The notes under the pieces are model-generated. The model did no database searches, was not told the origin of the DNA, and worked only from the letters and a program-made list of their open reading frames with translations. From assembly GCA_030390025.1 (NCBI GenBank), contig CM059439.1:12090001-12154000 (forward strand): a DNA stretch of 64,000 bases. The letters run 5' to 3'. The DNA is from Squalus acanthias. Taxonomy: Eukaryota. The position numbers were made by a program, and so were the translations under genes. Within the stretch, counting starts at the first letter, position 1. Each line of letters begins with the position of its first letter. Shown in pieces: positions 1-11,465 of the stretch.

Positions 1-389
1 GGGCTCAATATTTACCCCTCCACCACTTGTGCACTGTGGCTACAATTATATATGATCTACATGATGTACGGCAGCAATTCATGGATTACTGTGACAGCAT
101 CTCCCACCATTGCGACCTTACCATCAAGATGAATGAGCAGCAATGTTGTAGGAACACCATCAATGCCAAATTCCCCTGCAAGTCTCATGCCATCCTAACT
201 TGTGTGTATATATATCACCATTTCATCATCATTGCTAGGTCAGAGTCCTAGAATTCACTACCTTACACCATTGTGGGAGCACCATCACTATAAGGGCTGC
301 AACGGATCAAGGAGAATGTCTACCACCATCCTTTCAAGGCAACCAGGGATGTCCATGTCGCCCACATCCCAAGAATAAATATAGAACTA

Positions 390-885
390 ATTGGTTAGAC
401 TGCAGTTAGAATATTGTGTCCTGTTTTGGGCACCATACTGTTAGGAAGGAATGTCAAGGCCATGAAGAGTCTGTAGAAAAAGTTAATTAAAATGAGACCA
501 GGAATGAGAGGCTTTCGTTATAATGACTTGAGTACAAAAAAGCTAGAGAAAAAGAAACAATAGCTCTGTTCATTATAACAAAGAAGGTTAAGAGAAGATC
601 TAATGGAGGTGTTCAAAGTTACAAAGGATTTTGATTAGATAAATCTGATGGGGGTAGGGGGGAAGAAACTGTTTCCACAGGTTGGTAAATTGGTAACCAG
701 AGGACATAGAATGACCTACCAGAAATAGTGTTGAAAGCTTAATCCATAATTCAAAAGAAATTGGATGCATATTTGAAAAAGAAACATTAAAAAAGTATGG
801 GAAAAGGGCAAGGGAATGGGACTGAGAGGAGAACTGGCACCGGCACGATGGGCTTATTGACACTTTCTGCGGTGTAAGATTTCAT
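390..885 (+). mobile_element. Degenerate CR1 (HER1-like) LINE 3' end
   Basis: gttagactgcagttagaatattgtgtc..ttttgggcacca encodes a VRxQLEYCVxFWAP-like CR1 motif, followed by a CR1-type 3' UTR. Confidence 0.6.
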
Positions 886-2052
886 GTCTGGAAGTTGACT
901 AAATCCAAACTTCATGTGTAGAGTGAGAATTTTATCAAGGCAGAGTTGTCAGGTGAAGGCCTACTTTGGTTACATTTTTAGACTACTTGCCTGTCCAGCA
1001 AGAAACGTTATGTTCGAGCTATCAAGATATTGTAGTAACCCTAGCCGCCATTTTTGCATGCTGATGTGTTTTGGCCTTATTCCCTTCTAAATTGATGGTG
1101 GGTCTACTAGAACCCAGCTGTATCCATTTTCAGTTCAAGGTCTACATAGGTTCCACCCCGAGACCGTACCTCTTATTTATGCTTCATAGTTGAGGTAGAG
1201 GCAATGTCTGTGACTTACCTACAACTGTGGATGATTGGTATGACTATTAGTAGAAGATTGTTTCCTGCTCACAATTTGGGTTACAGACTTGTTTGTGACA
1301 ACCAGTGGATAGGATGTACATTTGAGATATTAGTGTAAAATCCTGTGTGGTGTTACTGAGCGCTTCCAGCCAGGCCCATATGTGATGATAAACTGACAGA
1401 TATGTTTGGGCAGGCTCCTTTCCTGTTTGTTTCCTCCAAATAAATCTTTGCCAGCAAGCTTTCTTGTTTGCTTTAAGCTGTGCTTTTGTTCTCTCTGACA
1501 ACTCTTGTGTATTTTTGTTAACCCCGCCGCCAAATTAATTTTCTTATTCTTCTGCTGACGTATCTGCTCTTGCAGTGACCCCTTTCAGATCCACTGAGTG
1601 GAACCTGGAGCTTTTACACACAGTCTAGCAGCAGCAGATCCTACCGAAACCGCCGTACCAACCCTGTCATTGAGTCCAGCAAAAGCCAGTGCTGGGAAAC
1701 AGCTGCTGAACGGGATATGATGAAGTTCATCAACTTTTTCGTCTTGCGCTTTTGGTATTTATTAATGATCCAGTCAGTCCCATCTATCCCAAACCTTTCT
1801 GCTTGCAGTGTAGCTCTACAATCATATCAATATTAACCTTGTTGTCAAACGTTGACCTGTTAATTCTCGTATGTGTCTTTGTTTAATCCTCTCCGCTTTA
1901 ATTACAGCTGTTTTCTGTAGATGCACATTGGTGTTTTGATGAACACTTGTATCGTTAAAGTAAGTTTCTAACCTAGCACTTTACTTCCTCTAACGCTATG
2001 CTTCCCTCCATTAACTAAAATGCTACTGTAAAAACTGGTATATCCTCTTGAA

Positions 2053-2231
2053 GGGCAAACAGCGGAAGGAGCGCACGTCAACCCAAGCACCCCACCCACC
2101 CGCCCCTTCAACCACCGTCTGCCCCACCTGTGACAGAGACTGAGGTCCCGCATTGGACTCATCAGTCACCTGAGAACTCATTTTTAGTGTGGAAGCAAGT
2201 CATCCTCAGTTCCCAGGGACTGCCTAAGAAG
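2053..2231 (+). mobile_element. RTE-clade LINE 3' fragment
   Basis: Encodes a CPTCDRD..RIGLISHLRTH C-terminal zinc-finger-like motif; TSD ATATCCTCTTGAA at 2040-2052 and 2232-2244. Confidence 0.75.
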
Positions 2232-2992
2232 ATATCCTCTTGAATTAATAACTTTGGGGGGGGTGGGGGGAGGATAGAATGGAGTGGTAATATTTAATTT
2301 TCAATCTTGTTCTGATGATGTTTAAGTCCATAACAAGTTGAATACATAAATATCATCTCGAAATGCCAGTCTCTTCCCCAAGAAGAGGCTATAGATAATC
2401 CATCCTGCATTGATGGACATGATTGTGATTGGCATTTTGTGGCTTTGCTGAAAAATAAGTAGTGCTCTTTTTTTTAAAAGTCATTGTTTAGCTTTCAGTT
2501 GCAATCTTCTTCAGAGGATGAAGGTAGGTTCCTGTAACAGGCTGAAGAGTTTTGTGATTGTTTATATTGGACTGCCTTTAAATTGGTCCGAGCATGGAAC
2601 TTGCCACTGAGATGGGTTGCTTGAAGCCATTGGGTGGGTAGAATTTAAACTTGCTTTAGGTCCCAAACTGACTTTAATTGCCGATATAAACTGGGTGTGA
2701 AGTAAAATCTCTTATGTGCAGTCGTAGAAAATTAGAGTGCGGCTTTACTGAAATAAATGCAACATTTTTATTACCCAAAGTGAACAGTTTATGTTCTGGG
2801 AAAGTAGAAAACTTAGTCTACAACAAAAAGGGAGAGTTTATGAACAAAAATGCTTTAATCACTTCCGATGAGTACGCAATACATCGGTTGGTACACCCAT
2901 TAGTTGAACTGATGCTGCATGGAATAATCAGTGTTGTGGTTACTTACCTGTTGTAGAAAATGATGTGTAAGGTACATCTTCATATACACTGT

Positions 2993-3725
2993 GGGGGAAA
3001 AATTTGGTTGCTTTGCGCCTCACGTTGGCACCCTTGGGGCGCTCACGGGGGCGCAAAGCAACTAGCGCCTGGGTGCGGTGCCGCTGACGCCTCCCGCGAA
3101 ATTCAGTGGGAGGTTAGCGGTGGTGGTAGCCGGTAGCGCCCCCCCAGTGCTGCGCCTCCGGCGATGACACCATCGCCGTACGCAGCACCCCGGCCACAAA
3201 CTTGGCTCGCGCCCCCTGACCTACCGCCGGATGCTGTGCCCGACAGGGTCAGGGTGGCATTTTTGCGGCCGGGGTGGTGATCATTAAAGGGCAGGTGCCG
3301 GGCGGCCTTTTTTTTTGGTGCCGCCTGCCAGCACCTGCCCCCTCTCGCCTCCTCCTGCGGGGTGCCGGCCGCGATCCGTCAGCCTGGCACTTCTCTGGTG
3401 TGCCGGGCTCTTTTGCCGGCACCCTGCTCCCTGGTGGTCTAGCAGTGCCCCGGTGCGCGCTGCGCTAGACCCCTCCCCTTTAATCAGGGGAGGGAGGCCA
3501 GCAGTACCGCAGCGCTATGTGCCGACGTGCGTGGTGCTGCTGCACGTAGCGCCGTGATATTCAATGGGAGCGCCCCAAGAGGGAGGGGGCGAGCGCTTCC
3601 AGTAGCGTCGCATCCTGCTTGGGGCGCTACCATTCAATTTTGGGCGCGGGGGCACTAACTTTTTCGGGGCGCTAAAAGTAGCAAAGTTATCGCCCAAAGG
3701 GAGCGCGAGCCAATTTCCCCCCCCC
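2993..3725 (+). mobile_element. GC-rich non-autonomous DNA transposon (Harbinger-like MITE); related copy in opposite orientation at ~49860-50564
   Basis: Imperfect TIR GGGGGAAA(A)ATT(T)GG ... CCAATTTCCCCC; many GGCGC(T/A) subrepeats; the reverse complement of 50564-49860 matches over long stretches. Confidence 0.7.
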
Positions 3726-4350
3726 ACTTTGTCTTTTAAAATCCCTGTAGGTCTTCCTAGCTTACAATGCATCGTTTAATTAATTATTAATTCAGTATGA
3801 CCTACAAGGATTTTATATAATGTTGATTGTACATTTAAAAAGTGTCTTTTATAAAGGTGTGACTCGTACAATGAATTTTAATGCGAAACCGCATGAAATC
3901 CTTAATCTATAAATTACTTTTAAAACATGACTGGAGTGGTTCAACATTAGGCATGTAGGTGTGGAATTAAACAACACTAATGGCTCATCTTGAGCCCCAC
4001 GTGGTAGGTGAGTACTGTTATGCCGTAGTCGTCTGCAGCACTCTGTAAAAGAAAGGGAATTGAAATTGAACAGCACAGCAGAAGAAAAGGAGACGATAGT
4101 TAAACTGAGTCAGTGAATCGTGAAAATCAAAACCAGTGTGAGAAAAATGCTAAATCTGTGACCTAATAAATGTAGAGAAATGTAGGCTCATAAAAGTGCT
4201 CCAACACAACAACTATCTGTTGGGAGAAAATGGAAGATGCTTTGCAACTCCTTCCCTTTATTTAAAAAAAAACTTCCCTAGACTTTCAAACACGAGACAC
4301 TGCAATGGGACTAAAATGTACCTGAATGAATGAATGAAAAGGCTTTGCTG

Positions 4351-5016
4351 CAACAACAACAACAACAACTTGCATTTATATAGCACCTTTTAACATAGTA
4401 AAGCGTCCCAAGGAGCTTCACAAACAAAATTCGTTACTGAGCTGCAAGGGACAGGTGACCAAAAGCTCGGTCGACGAGGTAGGTTTTAAGGAACGTCTTA
4501 AAGAAGGATAGGGAGGGAATTCCACAGCTTGGGGCCTAGGCAGCTGAAGGCACGGCTACCAATGGTGGAGCGATGAAAATCGGGAATGCGCAGGAGGCCA
4601 GAACTGGAGGAACGCAGAGATCTCGGAGGGTTGTAAGGCTGGAGAGCTGGTTGCAGAGATAGGGAGGGGCGAGGCCATGGAGGGATTTGAAAACCAGGAT
4701 GAGAATTTTAAAGTTGAGGTGTTGCTGGGCTGGGAGACAATGTAGGTCAGTGAGCACGGGAGGTGTGATGGGTGAACGGGACTTGGTGCGAGTTAGGATA
4801 CGAGCTCAAGTTTCCGGAGGGTGCAAGGTGGGAGGCCGGCCAGGAGAGCATTGAGGCAAGTCTAGAGTCGAGTCCAGAGGCAACAAAGTTTCAGCAGCAG
4901 CTGAGCTGAGGCAGGGGCGGGAACTGGCGATGTTACAGAGATGAAAGTAGGTGGTCTTGGTGATGGAGAACATATGGGGTCGGAAGTTCAGCTCGGTCAA
5001 CTAGGATACCAAGGTT
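4351..5016 (-). mobile_element. L2-clade LINE 3' fragment
   Basis: (CAA)n tail; - strand encodes LADLHWLP..FKILILVFKSLHGLAPPYL-like L2 C-terminus; homologous to 46300-46833. Confidence 0.8.
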
Positions 5017-5930
5017 ACAGCTATTAAACTTGAAAAAGATTTGTGTGCTGTGCTGTATTATTGCCTTCTCAGTAAATGACTTCCTGCAAGTTGCTTGCAG
5101 GCAATGTGTCTCAACAATTCTGCCTATCTTTTTGGAGCTGATGTTAACTAATCTGCTTAATTCTTTGAATAAATGCTATCTTGTTTCTGCTTTTGATGGG
5201 GATGTGTTAAAGTGGCCCTCGAAGGGTTAAAATAGAAAGTTGAATTACTCTTGCGCACGACTTGGTCAAGTGGAACATACAATAAACGCTTGTCATTTCA
5301 ATACGTTATAGCAGCAGCAATACTGTTAATTTGTTACAATTATTGGACCCGTGTATAAAATGCTGTTACACAGATGACAGTCCCTTAATGTATTGAGACC
5401 TGTTTTTAATTGATCAAATTGCAGGGTTGATTCAAGATTCTTCCTTTTGAATCTTGTCTACATAAAGTCGCTACCTTTATTACAGTACACTTTGGTACTT
5501 TAATTGGTGAGAACAATGACGGTCTAAATTAAATGTACTGAGGCATGCATTTATACAGCGTTTTGAATTGTAGATGTACCCTGTACATCTGCAGCCATGA
5601 ACAACACAATCTTCAGAAAGCAATAACCTGATAGAAGATTAACCATGGTTAATCTTCTGAGTATAACTCTAAAGGCCAAAGGCCGTGTTGAAGGAACATT
5701 ATGGCCTTACTTTAGAATTTCTTATGTATTTTATTTTGCATCAACAGTACAGTAGGAATTTTCACCATGTGTTTGGTTTTTCTAATTTGTTGTACAATTT
5801 TTAACAGTGCCGCTCAACTGTTGTCCATTTTAACTTTACAGGAAAGCTGCCCCTCCCCCCCCCCCCCCAAAAAACAGTAACTTGAAGCTCCTGCTTCAGA
5901 ACTTTAAAGCCTCCTCCAAATTACATAGTC

Positions 5931-8105
5931 CGTGCTAAATAGGATAGATTCAGAACAGATCTAGCAGCTCAAAACTGGGCATCCATGAGGCGCTGTGGGC
6001 CATCAGCAACAGCAGGATTGTATTCCACCACAACCTGTAACCTCATGGCCCGGCATATCCCTCACTCTACCATTACCACCAAGCCAGGGGACCAACCCTG
6101 GTTCAACAACGAGTGTAGAAGAGCATGCCAGGAGCAGCACCAGGCGTACCTAAAAATGCGGTGTCAACCTGGGGAAGCTGCAACACAGGACTACATGCTA
6201 CAAAGCAGAAGCAGTATGCTATAGACAGGGCTAAGTGATCCCACATTCAACGGATCAGATCAAAGCTCTGCAGTCCTGCCACATCCAGTCGTGAATGGTG
6301 GTGGACCATTAAACAACTAACAGGAGGAGGAGGCTCCATGAATATCCCCATCCTCAATGATGGTGGAGCCCAGCACGTGAGTGCAAAAGACAAGCTGAAG
6401 CGTTTGCAACCAACTTCAGCCAGAAGTGCCGAGTGGATGATCCATATCGACCTACTCCCGAGGACCCCACCCTCACAGAAGCCATTCTTCAGCCAATTCG
6501 ATTCACTCCACGTGATATCAAGAAACGGCTGAGCGCACTGGATACAGCAAAGGCTATGGGCCCCGACAACATCCCGGCTATCATGCTGAAGACTTGTGCT
6601 CCAGAACTAGCCGCGCCTCTGGCCAAGCTGTTCCAGTACAGCTACAACACTGGCATCTATCCGACAATGTGGAAAACTGCCCAGGTATGTCCTGTCCACA
6701 AAAAGCAGGACAAATCCAACCCAGCCAATTAACGCCCCACCAGTCTACTCTCAATCATCAGCAAAGTGATGGAAGGTGTCATCAACAGTGCTATCAAGCA
6801 GCACTTACTCACCAATAACCTGCTCACTGATGCCCAGTTTGGGTTCCGCCAAGACCACTTGGCTCCCGACCTCATTACAGCCTTGGTCCAAACATGGACA
6901 AAGGAGCTGGATTCCAGAGGCGAGGTGAGAGTGACTGCTCTTGACATCAAGGCAGCATTTGACCGAGTCTGGCATCAAGGAGCCCTAGTAAAACTGAAGT
7001 CAATGGGAATCGGGGGGGAAAACGCTCCACTGGCTGGAGTCATACCTAGCACAAAGGAAGATGGTTGTGGTGGTTGAAGGTCAATCATCACAGCCCCAGG
7101 ACGTCGCTGCAGGAGTTCCTCAGGGCAGTGTCCTAGGCCCAACCATCTTCAGCTGCTTCATCAATGACCTTCCCTCCAACATAAGGTCAGAAATGGGGAT
7201 GTTCGCTGATGACTGCACAGTGTTCAGCGCCATTCGCAACTCCACAGATAATGAAGCAGTCCATGCCTGCATGCAACAAGACCTGGACGACATTCAGGCT
7301 TGGGCTGATAAGTAGCAGGTAACATTCGCGCCACAGAAGTGCCAGGCAATGACTATCTCCAACAAGCGAGAGTCTAACCACCTCCCCTTGACATTCAATG
7401 GCATTACCATTGCTGAATCCCCCACTATCAACATCGTGGGGGTCACCATTAACCAGAAACTTAACTGGACCAGCCACATAAATACTGTGGTAACAAGAGC
7501 AGGTCAGAGGCTAGGTATTCTGCGGCGTGTGTCTCACCTCCTGACTCCCCAAAGCCTTTCCACCATCTACAAGGCATAAGTAAGGAGTGTGATGGAATAC
7601 TCTCCACTTTCCTGGATCAGTGCAGCTCGAACAACACTCAAGAAGCTCAACACCATCCAGGACAAAGCAGCCCGCTTGATTGGCACCCCATCCACCACCT
7701 TAAACATTCACTCCCTCCACCACTGGCATACCGTGGCTGCAGTGTGTACCATCTACAAGCTGCACTGCAGCAACTCGCCAAGGCTTCTTCGGCAGCACTT
7801 CCCAAACCCGCGACCTCTTCCACCTAGAAGGACAAGGGCAGCAGGTGCATGGGAACACCACCACCTCCAAGTTCCCCTCCAAGTCACACCATCCTGACTT
7901 AGAAGTATATCGCCGATCCTTCATCGTCGCTGGGTCAAAATCCTGGAACTCCCTACCTAACCGCACTGTGGGAGTACCTTCGCCACATGGACTGCAGCGG
8001 TTCAAGAAGGCGGCTCACCACCACCTTCTCAAGGGCAACTAGGGATGGGCAATAAATGCTGGCATTGCCAGCGACGCCCTGATCCCATAAACAAATAAAA
8101 AAAAA
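5931..8105 (+). mobile_element. 5'-truncated CR1/L2-group non-LTR retrotransposon, disrupted RT
   Basis: ORF pieces with RT motifs (QFGFR, LDIKAAFDRVWH, GVPQGSVLGP, FADD) broken by stops and frameshifts; 3' AATAAA and A-rich tail. Confidence 0.9.
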
Positions 8106-8397
8106 GTTATTGGCCTAGAAACTTGTTTGCCCCCGAACCCGTGCCCGTTTGGAGGAATGCAGGCAGCATGTGAACTTTGTACTGCCTGCTTATTTCCTTG
8201 ATTGTGGCGTTCAGCCCAGTGCTGAACGCGCTGCTGAGTGGCTGAATGCTCAGCAGGGGGCTCAAGTTCGTGCAAGGCTAGCACCACTTAAAGCTAGCCT
8301 GCACTACTTAAAGGCAGTCTCCACTTCTTAAAGCGGAGGTGCATTCTGCCTGCAGCAGATCATTGAACTGGCTGGGGAAGACAGTGAAGAACAATTA

Positions 8398-8910
8398 ATG
8401 ATGGCACAACAGGGGAGTGAGGGTGCACCAAAGTTCTCGGATGCAACGCTGAAGGCCTTGTTGCAGGAGGTCGATAGGAGGAGAGTGGCCCTCTTTCCAC
8501 ATGGGGCCAGGAGGCCCTCCAGGCAACAGTGCAAAGTGTAGTGGGAGCAGATAGCCACTAATGACCTCAAACGAGTGGTCAAAGTCAGAGAATTCAACTT
8601 CAAATGCCACATCCTACCATCTGCACCACTAGCCTCACACACTGCTCAATGCACCACACCCCCATCACTCACCTACCAACAATCTCTACCAAACAAGACT
8701 CATGCCTCACATTCATAGCTTCATCTCGCACTCACACACTTACCACTGTTGCAAGCCTCACCCACTCACAGCTTGCACAAACTGTCAGCTATGCTGCCAT
8801 GACAACACATCACTCTAACACATTGCGCCACACACTAACACACTTCCCTTTCACTTGCAGGAAAAGGTGGCTCACAACCGGCGCTAGCAAGACCAAACCA
8901 GCGGGGGACA
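8398..8910 (+). pseudogene. Harbinger-derived Myb/SANT-like ORF remnant with an intron
   Basis: MAQQGSEGAPKFSDATLKALLQEVDRRRVALFP...*WEQIA..NDLKRVVK, then GT...cacttgcAG, then EKVAHNRR*QDQTSGG; in-frame stops present. Confidence 0.6.
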
Positions 8911-10951
8911 GGCGTGCCTGCATAACCTTACATTGATCTGTCCTGACATCAAAAGAGCACCATCTCCTGAGAGATATTGCCATGAGTGTTGCATTAGAAG
9001 CAGTTTTGTGCTGTGGCCCATTCATTTCACATGGAACCTTTTTGTAACCTGCAGTTGGAGAGGACTTTCATCTCATTAGTCTAGGCTACATTTCAACCCT
9101 GTTGAGAGGTGAATGGTTATTATTTAACCCACTGCACCACCTGCTCTTCCCCCACCTGTTCCTCCAAGCTAGATTCTGGCCATCAGACTAGGAATCTGTG
9201 GTAAATGAATCTCACTTTTGTTAAGGTGCTGCAGCATGTAATGGTGTCACAGCTATGTCCTTTCAAAGCAACAGAAAAAATAATGTTTCTGCCCATGTGC
9301 CTGCAGGGACCATTCAGATCTTGTTTTTTGACATTGTGGTTGTTGGGAGAATATTTTGTACAGCACACACTTTTTTTTCTGTTGTGTGGGATGAAGGGTG
9401 CACAGTTGTTCTGGTTTAAGCAGTGAGCATGTTCTGTTATGTCTGTCTGTCTGATAGAACTATATCACAGGGGTTATTTCCAGCAAAGGGTTGAACATTG
9501 CAACCCTCAACGTAAACAGCCTTTTGAAGCAGTCCTCTACTTTCACAAGAACATTTGTATGGAAACGATACTGACCTCGCATTTTACAATCTTCAGTATT
9601 CCACAGAACAGTGTTATAATCTGCCTATGATCAATTCTGTGCTGTCTTTGTTTACATAAATTGTCGAAGTAAACGGTAAACTGTCTAGATGAGTTTAGAT
9701 AACCTTTAGCGAAAGTGAATTTCAATATAATCAAGATAGGAAGTAGAGCATTAAGAAGACTTTGACCAGTCTATATTGGGGCTGGATTTCTACCTGTTGA
9801 CTATAAATGGGGTGAAAATCTAGCCGTTGCATCTATCTTGGGAGTATTTCACCATGCAGCGTTCTGTTAGTCTGTGTCTACTCTGTTTATCTTTCAATCT
9901 CTGTCACACTATGACTAACCTTTTATTTAAACTCTTTTTCTCCTCATTCCCTGACCCAACTCTCTTGTAAACCAGTTTTATTTGAGGCAGGCTGCTATCT
10001 AGAACTGAACAACCAAATTCGGTAATCTCAAAGTACAGCCATATGAAGTTCTGTGGACAGCATTGCCCCCAGTCACCACACCACAGGAACAGAATGTCAT
10101 ATCATCCCAGGGCAGGTTCGAAACAAAGCCTCTGTCCCTTCCACGCAGCAATTTTAAAGCCTATTAATGACCGAGAAACACAATGATATCTCCTTTTTAA
10201 CATATTAGTACAATGTATTTTTCTTTAAGGTACACCTTTTAAATGTCAACACTGTGGCTACAAGAACAGGGCAGCGACTGCGTGCTCTGCGACGAGTGGC
10301 TCACCTCCTGACCCCTCACCGTCTCTCCACCATCTACAAGGCTCAAGTCAGGAGTGTGATTGAAATACTCCCCTGGATAGCTGCAGCTGCAACAACACTT
10401 GAAGCTGCACACCATCCAAGACAGAGCAGTTCATTTAATGGATGCCCCTGCCACTGGACTCGATATCTACTCCTGCCATCACCAGTGCGCTTGTGGCTGC
10501 AGTATATACGATCTATAAGATGCACAGCAGCAACTCATTAATGTCACTTCAACGTCACCTCCCGCCCCTGTGAACTCCACCACCAAGAAGGACAGGAGCA
10601 GCAATGTTGTGATAATGCTGCCACCTCCAAGTCACACACTACCATGTCTTGGACATAATCTCGCCATTCCTTCATCGTCGCTGGGTTGATATCCTGGAAT
10701 CCCCTACCTAGCCCCATCGCCACAAGGACTGCAGAGGTTCAAGGAGAAGGCCCACCACTACCTTCTCAACAAACCAAGGGCGGCAATAAATGCAGCCTTG
10801 CCACATTTGCTCACGTCTTAAGAACAAATATCAAACTGTAAAAGCTCCCCAGTGGCTGAGCTGGCTAAGGTTGTGAGTAGCTGAGCTGTATAGACCAGCA
10901 AAAGGCTGTGGTTTGTGCTGGGTTAGCATATCCTAGTTGGGGCAGTGGTAG

Positions 10952-11465
10952 TGTTAAGAGATTCCGAAGGAGACCGTACCAATATGGTGTGTAGCGGGTA
11001 TATTTTATTGATGGATTTAAAAGACCGCATAGCTGTCACACAGTTAACAAGTTGACTCACTAGCAAAACACGATTCTTGCGCTCAAGAATAGCCTAGTAC
11101 TTCAAGTTACAGTGATTAATACAACAGACACGATATTACCAGGTTCCGCTTGGAGGAATGTTGATGTCAGGACTCTCTTCCTTCTGTGCCTTTGCATGTG
11201 GAACTTCTTGAACTGTTTTATATCTTCTTCGTATTCTTTTTAGTCTAGCTATTGTGGGAGATTGATAACTTGCTAGATCTAATCAAGGACTTCCCTCATC
11301 TTCTTATTCGCAGCCCATTTGTCTGGCTATTGGGGAAGCGCGGTAGCTGCTAGATCTCATCAAGGGCTTCTTAGCCTGTTGGAAACGCATGCTGGGATAC
11401 TTGTCCATTCCAATATGTAAAATATCTAAATAAGCATGTATAGGCATTCTAGGCTTTATCTTACA
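10952..11465 (-). mobile_element. Solo LTR (514 bp) inserted in an old tRNA-like SINE (10844-11740)
   Basis: TGTTAAGA...TCTTACA termini; 4-bp TSD GTAG at 10948-10951 and 11466-11469; on - strand TATAAAA (11216-11222) precedes AATAAA (11004-11009); duplicated TGCTAGATCT(A/C)ATCAAGG block in the U3 side. Confidence 0.65.
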
